Shown one piece after another: positions 53,022-64,000 of a stretch of 64,000 bases of DNA. Made by a program: the position numbers and the translations under genes. Origin of the DNA: Octopus vulgaris (lineage: Eukaryota); NCBI GenBank assembly GCA_951406725.2, contig OX597816.1, forward strand, positions 74,338,001-74,402,000, in the 5' to 3' direction. The notes under the pieces are model-generated. The model saw nothing but the letters and a program-made list of their open reading frames with translations. It did no database searches and was not told the origin of the DNA. How positions within the stretch are numbered: position 1 is the stretch's first letter; the number at the start of each line of letters is the position of its first letter.

Positions 53022-53112
53022 CTGCACAAGATCTTGTCTTCCATATTTTCAGCAGCAATATAATGATTGCCAACAAATGTGACATATCTCCAATGAGCCT
53101 GAAAATATTCAT
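53022..53112 (-). CDS. KDELR: ER lumen protein-retaining (KDEL) receptor, coding exon 1 (91 nt)
   Basis: ATG at 53112 gives [31 protein letters not shown], the canonical ERD2 N-terminus with R5 and H12. Phase-1 donor G|GTTAGC. Not in the ORF track because it is short. Confidence 0.96.
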
Positions 53113-53300
53113 GTTGGATGCTTAGTTCAAGTGTGGCTGGTGTTGTGGCTGCTGTTGTTGTTGTTGGTCTTGTCTCTCACACCTTCTGCAATGTCTCCAC
53201 TTGTGAGGACGTGGCGCTAACAGGATTCTGGGAAATCAGAGAAACATCCGGTAAAAGGGAAATAACTCTATCACACTATTCCATTCCTATCGAAATGTGT
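53113..53300 (-). promoter_or_regulatory. KDELR 5' UTR / proximal promoter with a GACGTGGC (CREB3/CrebA/XBP1-type) motif at 53208-53215
   Basis: Unique sequence directly upstream of the ATG. The motif is seen; its function is inferred. Confidence 0.45.
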
Positions 53301-55464
53301 CAAATAATATTCCAGCTGATTGCTGTCACTTTTATTTCTACCCCGTAACCCCATCAAATCTATGATTAATTTTACATAAGCACAAAGCCGTAAATTTTAG
53401 GGGAGGGAACAGTCGGTTATATCGACCCATAAGGGTTGGCTGGTACTTTATTTTATCGACCCAGAAAGAATGAACGGCAAAGATGACCTCAGCTTGATTT
53501 GAACTGAGAACGTAAAGAGCCGGCCAAAAGACCACGAGAAAAACATAAATATATCTTATATTGATGATATTTAAGATGAAATATAACTTATTATTTTAGT
53601 TATTATATTTGTGTTTAATTTCTCTTTTATATTGCATCATGGTTTCGATGATGGTTCTTTACCATTTTTTTTTTTTTCAGAAAAATGCTGACTAAACGAA
53701 TAGTTCTTCACATTCTCAAGTTTTGTTTTTTTAATATTTTTTGAACAGCGACAATCCCTCCAACTCATTAATTTATACGTGTCGTTAAGTTTTCTAGTCG
53801 AAGTTTTTGATGTTTATCGAATTTGATGGCATAAATAGACGCACATTTTTTTCACCCCGCAAAATTACATGATTTCCTACGTGAAGCTGCTTCAAATATT
53901 ACATGTGTGTGTGTGCCTTTGTCCCCTAAAAGTTGTTTTGTTGTTGCTTTTCCCTAAATATGCCCTGCTGACATCTTGTGCTTCTATTATGCCCTTGCAG
54001 TTTTTATGCCATCAAATACGATCTATCTACTTTTTAATATACTATTACATTTTAATCTTGCAACGCCCAAACCAACGACGGAACCACCACGTGTTCGCAT
54101 GATTTACTAGAAATAACTGCCAAATCACCCTCAAATGACACTTTACTGTTATAAAAAAGAGAGAGAGAAAAGAAAGATTGGATAATGTTTACCATATATA
54201 AATGTATACAAGAAAACAGGGGTGAAAAGCTTGTAGTTGTAGGTTTGTCGGCTCGATCAGGGCTAGGCTGAGGCTAAAAAAAATATTTGTACAAAGCGTA
54301 AAACTTTGAGCGAGAGGACTTTGTCAAATAAAATGATCCCGCTACGTGGATGATATTTTACTTTAGGAACCCAGTGGGATGAAAGGCAGAGTTGACAACA
54401 GTAACATGTGAACCCAGAGAATAGAGCAATGCATTTCTTCCGACGCTCTTACATTATATGTGCTCTCACATGTATCTTTTATCATCATCGATTAACGTCC
54501 GCTTTCCATGCTGGCTTGGGTTGGACGGTTTAACTGAGGAATGGAGTGCCAGCAGCTGCACCAGACTCTAATCTGATCTGGCAATGTTTCTGCAGCTGGA
54601 TGCCCTTCCTAACGCCAACCACTCCGAGAGTGCAGCGGGTGCTTTTACGTGCCACCGGCACGAGGGCCAGTCAGGTGGTATTGGCAACGGCCACGCTCAA
54701 ATGGTGTTTTTTACGTGCCACCTGCACAGGAGCCGGGCCAGCGGCACTGGCAACGACCTCGATCGAATGTTTTTCACGTGCCACTGACACAAGTGCCAGT
54801 AAGGCGACGCTGGTAACGATCACACTCGAATGATGCTTTTTACATGGCACTCAGCACGGAAGCCAGTTAATTTCTTTATTAACCACGAGGTTGAGAGAAA
54901 GAGGGGAAGATACGAGGACAGACAAAACAAACATTGGGGTTAGGGTATCGAATGAGACGAAATGTATGAATAAACAAACAAAATATATACAATTAAATGA
55001 GAATGAGTAATTTACAAAAAAATGAAGCGGAGGACGCGGTCGATCCCACAAACCACATACTCACACTGAAGACTTTGCTTTCTCCTTTTTACATTCTCGT
55101 TTAAACAGGTTCTTTCACTCGCAACATACTTGCTATAGACTTCCGTCTTTTACGAAACACACTTTGCGACAGGCATTTCTTCTCCAGCCTTATTTTCCGT
55201 TTCATGTGGAAAACGAAAAAGTCGATTAGCTCGAGACTGGAGATGAACATGCCTGTTGCAATTCCTTTCACTCTCGTCTTCCATACTACCTCTTTCGCAA
55301 CAGAAACTACCGAGAAAAAACAGGCTCACTCCTCCCTATTCAGAGAGGTCTTAATTACAGATTCGCTCGACAGTTGTACTCTTCTCGAATGTGAGCGGCC
55401 CTGGCAACGATCACGCTCGGATGGTGCTATATATATATATATATATATATGTATATTTTTTTAT

Positions 55465-55815
55465 TCTTTTACTTGTTTCAGTCATTTGACTGCGGCCATG
55501 CTGGAGTACCGCTTTTAGTCGAGCAAATCGACCCCAGGACTTATTTTTTGTAAGCCTAGTACTTATTCTATCGATCGCTTTTACCGAACCGCTAAATTAC
55601 GGGGACGTAAAAACACCAGCATCGGTTGTCAAGCGATGTTGGGGGGACAAACACAGACATAAACACACACACACACATATAATACGACGGGTTTCTTTCA
55701 GTTTCCGTCTACCAAATCCACTCACAAGGCTTTGGTCGGCCCGTGGATACGGTAGAAGACACTTGCCCAACGTGACACGCAGTGAGACTGAACCCGGAAT
55801 AATGTGGTTGGTAAG
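55465..55815 (-). mobile_element. SINE family C (tRNA-like head, ccttgggcaagt CORE-like segment, internal TA/TG repeats), representative copy. Others at 7705-8000, 13095-13260, 24420-24570, 56065-56380
   Basis: Recurrent ggttcagtcccactgcgtggcaccttgggcaagtgtcttctactatag...gtggatttggtagacggaaactgaaagaagcccgtcg. Confidence 0.8.
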
Positions 55816-58800
55816 CACATGTATATATCTATGCGTATGTATATATCTATACGTGTGTGTCTGTGTTTGTCACACCACCACCACCGCCGCTTGACAACCT
55901 GTGTTGGTGTGTTTAAGTAGCCGTAACTTAGAGACCGATGGAATAAGTATTTGGCTTAAAACAAGTTCTGGAGTCGATTTGTTCGACTAAAATCCTTCAA
56001 GGCGGTGTCTCATCATGGACACAGTCTAATGACTGAAGCAAGTAAAAGAAAAAGATTTGTTCCACTGCTTGGCACCTTGAGCAAATGTCTTCTACTATAG
56101 TCCCGGGCCGACCAAAGTCTTGTGAGTGAATTTGGTAGATGGAAACTGAAAGAAGCCCGTCGTATATATATATATATGTGTGTGTCTGTGTCTGCCCCCC
56201 CCATACACACACTCTTGACAACCGAGGCTAGTGTGTTTACGTCCTCGTATTCTAGCGGTTCGGCAAACGCGACCGATAGAATAAGTACTAGGCTTACAAA
56301 GAATAAATCCTGGGATCAATTTGTTCGACTAAAGGCGGTGCTCCATCATGGCTGTAGTCAAATGACTGAAACAAATAAAAGAATATATATATATATATAT
56401 CCGAACGAGATCGATGGCAGGATCGCCTGACTGCCCCCGCCCCTCCCACCTCCGTAAAAAGTACCATCTGAATGTGGCCTATGCCAGCACCCGCTGACTG
56501 GCCCTCGTGCCGGTAGCACGTAAAAAACACAATCTGAACGTGGCTGATGCTAGTACCCGATGACTGGCCCCCATATCGGTGGCACGTAAAAAGCACCATC
56601 CAAACGTGGCCGATGCCAGTACCCGCTGCGGTGGCACGTAAAAAGCACTATCCGAATGTGAGCGACGCTAGGCCCACCTGACTGGTTCCTGTGCCGGTGG
56701 CATGTAAAAAGCACCCACTATACTCTCGGAGTGGTTGGCGTTAGCAAGGGCATCCAGCTGTAGAAACATTGCCAGATCAGATTGAAGCCTGGTGCCGCCG
56801 CTGGATCTCAAGACCTCAGTTAAACCGTCAATTCATTAGGGCCGTTTCAAGCGACTCCTTTAATTGATTAATGAAAACATTACATCTGAGTCACTTGAAA
56901 CAGCCGTAATGAATTGGCACCTGTGCATCTTTGTTACTCATATTTTATTCATCTAACTTAGGATCTGCTCTTCTGAAATACTATAGAAAGGACCTTTATA
57001 AAAGTACATGTCTGAATTCCAAGAGCGGATATCTTCACTTAGCTGGGTTGCGTTGTCTGAACACACGGCAGGAATATCAGGTACAAACAGCCATGCACGG
57101 AGTTTTGATATTCAATATTCAATTAATATTGTTTGAGGGTGCGGATTATACCGACCTAGGAAAGTACCTCAATTTAAGTACCTAATTTAACGGAACCTTA
57201 ATTATATATAAATATATACACGACGGATTTCTTTCAGTTCCCGTCTACTAAATTCACTCACAAGGCTTTGATCACTATCAGATATATTTCGGCTGCGTTT
57301 TGAGTTAAAGAATACAGATCTTTTCACCCAACCAAAATCTTAGTCTTAAAACTGAAAACATCGCGCAAAAAATTTATACAGGAGTCTTTTTTATTCTAGC
57401 TATTTTTAAAGTTACATATTTTCGGGTTTATTTAGTCAATACATCTGCTAATAGGTAATCATGATAAACAAACGATACAAATGACCAGACAGAGAAATAG
57501 ATATACAAAAAATAAATGTAAGATAAAAATCTGTTTATATATTTACATTTAAACGTAATGCAGCGAGCTGACAGAAGCATTAACACAGCAGATAAGATGC
57601 TTAGCGGCATTTAATCCATCTTTACATTCTGAATTCAAATTCCGCCGATGTCGACTTTGCTTTCGTCCATTCAGGGTCGATAAAATAAGTGTCAATTTAC
57701 CCTCTCCCCTAAAATTGCAGGCCTTGTGTCAAAATTTGAAATCAACGTTTGCATTTAAATGTCTGCGTGAGTATTGTCGCGTCCCGAATATAAGCTTCCT
57801 ACAAATCAAAGCTCTCACTTGAGTCAACTTTACTTTTTACGCCTTTTACATAAATTATAGCAGTAAAACATCAGATGAGAATATTGGTAAACCTCATTCA
57901 CTAACTCCCTATTAAGTATAAATGCTACCATAGTTTGTCAGTCCGGATGTAGCTTGTGGTCTCGAAATCTTTGATGTTACTCCACAACCATTTCATATTT
58001 ATTATTCTTTCTCATATCGGAACAAGGCTTGAACTTTGTGGGGAGGTGACTAGTAGATTATATTGATCCCAGTTCTCAACTGGTGCTTTATTTTATCGAT
58101 TTTGAACTCAGAACGTAAAACCGGAGGAAATGCCAGTTGCAATGGACACAAAGGACAAAGATCCTTCCAGAGACATATAGACACATAGGGCCAGTTCACC
58201 CCGCTCCCCACTTATCTGTTGCAGGAGTACTCAGTTGCAGGAGGACTCAAGCAACATGGGATGAAGTGTTTTGTTCAGGAACACAATGTGTCACCCGGCC
58301 CAGGAACTGAAACCACCATCTTACGATCACTAGTCCAACACCATAACCACCAAGCCACTCACAATGAACATATTTCTGAAAAAATAAACTTCCCATCTAT
58401 GAATTTTACTGGGGTACCTGAGAAAATGCTGCTTCTGTATATTGTATTTTACATCTAGAATATGGTTACCCGACTGACTAAAGAACTTTGGCTCACCAGA
58501 ATGCAATCACCATGAGCTTACAGTTGCGCTGTCCGCTGCACCATTGTATGCTTTCACTGCTATAACAACGGTTTCTCTTCTTTTGAAATACTAAGCTTTA
58601 TACTAACCCTAAGCGATTCAGACAACTTGCTCTTCTCATCAACTGTTCTGTATTAAACACTCCAGCCAACTCTTCTTTTTCCAAATTGCAGCCTACAGAT
58701 TTCAGGTTCTGTCTTTATTTCAGCTGTTTGGAATGATTTGTAAAAGTAACGGACGGTGAACTTCAACTACGATAATAAAAATTATACACTTCCTTCCTTC

Positions 58801-59179
58801 CTTCCTTCCATCCATCCACCCAAGACACCCCCCACACACACACACATACATACATATTCGTGAGTAAATGCTTAACTGACGTCCTGGATAAGCTTAGATT
58901 TTCAGAAAAAGAAATCAACCAACGCACATATTACAAAAATAATCAATAAGTGGAACAGTAAAAATATACAAGACTTTTCTAAAATTTAAAATGTGACATT
59001 GCTTTTGTTATCTACAATCCAACGATGCATCATTGAATCTTTGTTAGAAATCAGCTCCTTCCTCAGAGGAAAAATTTTAATAATTAAAAGCAGAAGGGAA
59101 CAGAATAGAAAAGTAATGCTTCTTTTACTTTATTAATCATGTTGGTGAATAACAAAATTATGTTAAAATTATATAAAAA

Positions 59180-59571
59180 CTAGCAGTATCGCCCGGCGTT
59201 GCTCGGGTTTGTAAGGGAAATAACTATAAAGCATTTTTAGAGAGTTATAGCCAAAAAATAACAAAAAAATGCATTAAAAATGGAAAAAAAATTATGGTAA
59301 TTTTTTTTAAATCGTTGACTCATCGTAGACATTTTTAGAGAGTTACTTCTCTTATATTAAAAAAAATATGCATTAAAATGGAAAAAATGATGGTAAATTA
59401 TTTTTAAAATCGTAGACTCATCGTAGACGCGCGCTAATACCCAGAAGGTCTTGATATGAATCACGACTATAAGATACCCGGTTTTGGTTAAACTGCACCG
59501 CAAAATGTGGGAGTAGTTAGGAATCTAAATCGGAGTAGACAGACACACAACCTTTCTTTTATATATAAAGA
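59180..59571 (-). mobile_element. Non-autonomous Helitron
   Basis: Minus strand reads A|TCTTTATATATAAAAG ... hairpin CCCGAGCAACGCCGGG ... CTAG|T: TC and CTAG termini, A/T insertion site, no TSD. Confidence 0.85.
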
Positions 59572-61991
59572 TGTGAACAGCAAAATTAAGAATAACAGGT
59601 TATTCAGAGCGCTCGTGCGTCAGTATTTTTAAAAACCTTAAATTATATTGTTAAAGTTTGTAGGACACCTGGGATAACCTTTGTAGTATACAAGTCTGCT
59701 GTGACACACGGTTTGAAAACCGTTACTCTGTTCTATGTGAGTCCTACAGACAGCAACGAATGATTTGATGCGATTTTAACTGTTTATTTATTGTCACTGT
59801 GTAGATACCTCTATGTGGTTATTCGACTTGCTATAAAAATAGCAGCCAACACAAAAACATACCCTGTCTTCTTATCATGAATTATATCGTAGCTCAACCC
59901 TTCTTAGGCTAAATTTTTGCCACCAAGTTATTTTGAATAAATAATTTTCTGAAGTATTATTTTTTAACATTTTTTCAATTTAGCGATTCGAAATGGATCA
60001 TGCTCAAGGGAGACAACTATGAATATTTTGCCACTATTGCTATGTCTCGAGGTTAACGCTGACTTTATGGTCTTGATCGAAGGGGAAAAACTATTGACTT
60101 TAACAAGATAAAGTTGTTGTCCTTATAACAGACAATATGTTCGGCATAGTAATGTCGTATAATAAAATATAAGAATAATTTCTATTGGATGCAGCTGTAC
60201 AAGGGAACGAACGAATCACAGTTTGATAAAATGTTTTTTATTGATTATGAATATATAAAAATCAATGTAGAAGCCAACAGATAACTAGTTAAATTCCAGC
60301 TGTGTCAACACAGAGTCTGTTCTGAATAAATAAAAAGAAAATGCAGTCTCATATCTATAAGTTACACTGACCAGAATCATTATTATGTAAAAATTTATTC
60401 CAATTCACTCAACTGTCTTTTCAAAAGTACTTTCTGGAGCTAATTTAGACACTCGAGCAAAAAATTCTGGGTTGAGGGTTGGTTGATATCCCTTCACAGT
60501 ATTACTTAATTTGTACTTTGTTTAATCGACCGGGACGGAATGGAAGGCAATTTTAACCTCGGCGGTGTTTGAACTTAAAGAAGCGGGATTAATGCCGTTA
60601 AGCATTTTTCCGACGCTCGCCGCTTTCAACTACTTATTAAAACGTTAGCATGTTTCTGACTAAAATAACTCATTTACATAATGGTAAAAGATTAATTAGT
60701 TAACATTAATTACCATAGTATCAATTATAGTATGGGTTATATACGAACTAGAGTTTTAACGGATAAATATGGATTTATATCTTTGCAGAAAATATGGTAT
60801 ATATACAGTCATTATCATTTAACTTCTATCGAATTTCTTAGTGTTTACACAAGACGATATAATAAATTGTAATTTTCAAAAGAAAAATATAAAGTAAAAT
60901 CAAATAAAATCCCAACGCGCGTATTCATTACTAATATGTTCCGGCAGATTCGAACGCGAATATACTAGACACTGTTGTACTTTTGTTTATGGGGAGCTTC
61001 TTTTTTTCTCATTTTTATAACCCCTCCCGTAACTTCTCTGTCCTTTTCCTCTGTCTCTAATATACTTTCTCTCTCATTGTCTGTGTAGCCTCCTTTTATT
61101 CATTGCCTGCCACTAAGCCTAGTATGTACTCTCATCTTGCACTTCTTATGTTAACTCCCTCTGCATCTCTCTTTTACTCTCTCTCTCCTACTTTCCCTCT
61201 CTCTCTATGCAATATAAAGCGTGACTTGAGAACCAACCAACTAGTATTTATATCAGCTATTATTGTATAGAGTTAAAAGGTAACAAGCTGGCAAAATTAT
61301 TATGTTCTAAGTTAAAATGCTGCCGGATTCGACTTTACCTTTCATCTATTCGAGATCGATAAAACAAGTACCAGCTGTGCACTGGAGTCGATATAATCGA
61401 CATAACCCTCCCACCAAACTCCCTGTCCTTGTGTCAAAACTTAAAGCCCTTATTATATAAACATAAATTTAGTCACTTTAAAGCGTCTAGATTCATGTTT
61501 CTATTACATTGGTTTCACAAGCTCACGAGGAATCGTTGCAGAATTACTCCATCCTAGGGGTAAATGTTACCAATTTTTAGATCTGTGCACCGAAACAACA
61601 TGAAACGACGTGTCTTACCCAAGAATAAAAGTGATGCCAGATCTCAGACTCGAACCCACGACTGGATGATCATGAACCCCGTACGCTAACCATAAGGCCA
61701 CGCTCCTTCGCACACAGCATAATACGATGATTAATCGAGATACACTTTTTTCATATTGTGTCTCTAATGAAATGAAAATTCGCTTCTCACGATACAAAAA
61801 ATTATTCCAATTAGTAATTTTATATAATATAGATAAGGCACAGGCGTGGTTGTGTGGTTAAGAATCTCTCTTCGCAACCAAGTAGTTTTGGGTTCATTCT
61901 TGTTGCGTGGCACCCTTAAGTATCATTTACTATAGACCTGAGCTCAGTACCTTGTGAATTTGATAGATAGAAACTGTGGAAATGCGCTGCA

Positions 61992-62025
<34 letters not shown>

Positions 62026-64000
62026 GGATTGTCACTTAAGTTGATAACATGCCATTACTTTATATGTATATGAACAAAATTATTTTATTCCACACGGGTA
62101 GAAATAAAGGAAAAATAGAAGTTGAAAATGCACTGAGAATAGTTCAAATATTTTTTATTAATGTAGTTAAAGCTTTAATCGGTTTCACAGTTTACACTGA
62201 TTTTCAAAAAGTTCAAATAGAAAGACGTGGCTTAAGTCGCAGCTGTCTTGCTTCTGACTAGTGTTTGAAACGTGTTCTATTTCTATAGGGAGTTCATGGC
62301 TTAAATTAGTATATGTTTTGAATAGGATTTGATTGGTAGAGAATAGTCACACGACTGGTCTTTAAAATTTTTGTAGGTTCCTCGCTACGTCCGTTCGTTA
62401 GTATCACGGGATAATGTTTGACGTCGAACTTTAAAGCTGACACGGTTGACTGAACATGTCCAAACAATAAATACTCTGAATGTTTTCTGTCAAGTGTTTG
62501 TAGAGAATAAACACATGATTAAGTTTTAACCTTTCGTGCTTTTTCCGCTACGTCCGTGCGTTAGTTTCACATGGAAGCATATTTTGCGCCTAAAACGAAG
62601 GCCGACACAGTAGAGTGAACATGTTTAGTTATAACCAAGGCACTCCAAATTTAATCTGTCTGGTGGGAGAGTGAACAGGTGTCGTTTGTACGTAGTACAG
62701 TGGCTAAAGTTTAGGCTGTTAGCTGTGTAGGTCCCTCATGATAAGCGGCAGAATGAGTTTGTATGGGAATAGTTATTTGTGTATGTACTCTGTTAAAGTT
62801 TGTTAAGTCTTGGTTTGTACTTTTGTATGAAAGAATTTTCTTTGTTTATCCATGCTTCATCTGTGATATTCGTTGAACATAGAGTAGGAAGACCTGGAAT
62901 TTGGGGGACTCATTTTTTGCACATATGTCTATGTGTCCACTCAGTGGAATCTGTCTAATACTGGGGTCTCGTATTTGTTGTCGGTGAATGGTCAGTCTAT
63001 TTCTTGAGTAAGCTTTATTTGACCAATGTAGTCTTCATTACATCCTTGACATTCGATACCGTATATTAAATTCTTTGAAGAACCTTAAAGTGATTTTATA
63101 TGGTAAAAATCTGTCCTGGTTTGAATTTGTATAGTGTGTCTTCAATAAGGTTGATGCAGGTCCTGCAATTGGGGTGACCACACTTTTTGACTGTTGGTGT
63201 AGGAATTGTGGAAGGTAATTTAGCACTTATGAGGAATTTTTTGAGGGTGTTTGATTGTCTTTTACTTTTGATTATTTTGTACATTTCGAATGCTTGCTTC
63301 ATTCTTGAGTCTTGTTTTAGTAGTCGAAAGTCCTGGGGAATACCTCTGTGTGTCTTGGATTGTGTGTTGTAATAAAGGGTAGAGTATAGGATGTATCTGG
63401 AGCGATTTTCGTTTTTCGTAGTTCTTCGATATTTATTGCTTTTGCACTTTCTATTTGTTGTCTATTAACATTAATGGATATTGTCTTTTAAATAGTACTT
63501 ATTTTAGTTCCTGGAGTCTTTTATTGCGAGTTTCAAGGTTTGAGACAATTGTTCAGATTCTTCTTGATAGATTAAAGGGGATATTCTTTATCATATGTTT
63601 TGGATGACATGGGGACGACAGTAAGTATTGTTTAGAATCTGTTTGTTTCTAGTGAATATCTGTTTCTATGATTTTATCTCTTTTGATTATTAATATATCC
63701 AGGAATGGTAGTTGAGTTTTACTGTATCCCGTGGTAAAGTCGATATTATTGTTTATGCTGTTGATCAGCTTTTTGAAATCTATAAGTTGTTCAAATGTGG
63801 GCGTCCATAGGATTAGGCAGTCATCTAAATAACGTTTACAGTTTTCTAGTAGATATTTGTGGAAGTTCAAGCTATATATTAATTTAGATTGTTCATATAT
63901 CTGGACCTCCATGTATACCATAACTAGATTTGTGTAAGTCGGAACAACTTTTGTCCCCATCGCAGTCCCAGATATTTGTTTGTAAATATTGCCTTTGAAG
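62026..64000 (-). mobile_element. Decayed Penelope-like retroelement (RT + C-terminal GIY-YIG; Neptune/Naiad-like), truncated by the window edge
   Basis: GTAMGTKVVPTY, RYLDD, LPFLDI, KQTDSKQYL, CHPKH, KNIPFNLSRRI. Linker KCGHPNCRTC. GIY-YIG SKNLIYGIECQGCNEDYIGQ...HRQQIRDP...SGHIDIC...KPRLN. Several stops and frameshifts. The 3' region has a hammerhead remnant and AATAAA and abuts (TA)n. Confidence 0.9.

Noticed and set aside
61625-61715. tRNA-like sequence on the minus strand (A box TGGCCTTATGG, B box GGTTCGAGTC)
   Set aside because: Acceptor and anticodon stems do not pair. It is a degenerate SINE head.
63553-63555. In-frame TGA at a probable Cys position (RRI*TIVS), suggesting a selenocysteine-coding Naiad-type PLE
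   Set aside because: The copy also has TAG/TAA stops and frameshifts, the zinc-finger cysteines are TGT/TGC, and I see no SECIS in the 3' region. A family consensus with a fixed TGA would reopen this.

Overview
AT-rich, repeat-dense eukaryotic DNA. The SINE families and microsatellites look like a coleoid cephalopod, most likely Octopus (inferred from recalled repeat sequences). Two spliced minus-strand genes can be read by eye. (1) A complete KDEL receptor (ERD2/KDELR): exons 53112-53022, 38352-38093, 37087-36835 and 30693-30659, giving 639 nt / 212 aa. (2) The 5' part of a CEP72/LRRC36-family LRR gene: six coding exons from 20192 to 190, continuing off the left edge, with a 38-nt micro-exon followed by a U12-type (minor spliceosome) GT-AG intron. 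The rest is mostly SINEs, RTE and R4/Dong LINE fragments, mariner and piggyBac MITEs, Helitron/Helentron derivatives and a decayed Penelope-like element (RT + GIY-YIG) at the right edge. The most unusual signal is a set of Penelope-type minimal hammerhead ribozyme motifs. It includes a palindromic non-autonomous element that joins a tRNA-like Pol III head to a hammerhead tail (two copies, with a compensatory stem I change between them). Almost all entries in the ORF track are spurious translations of repeats.
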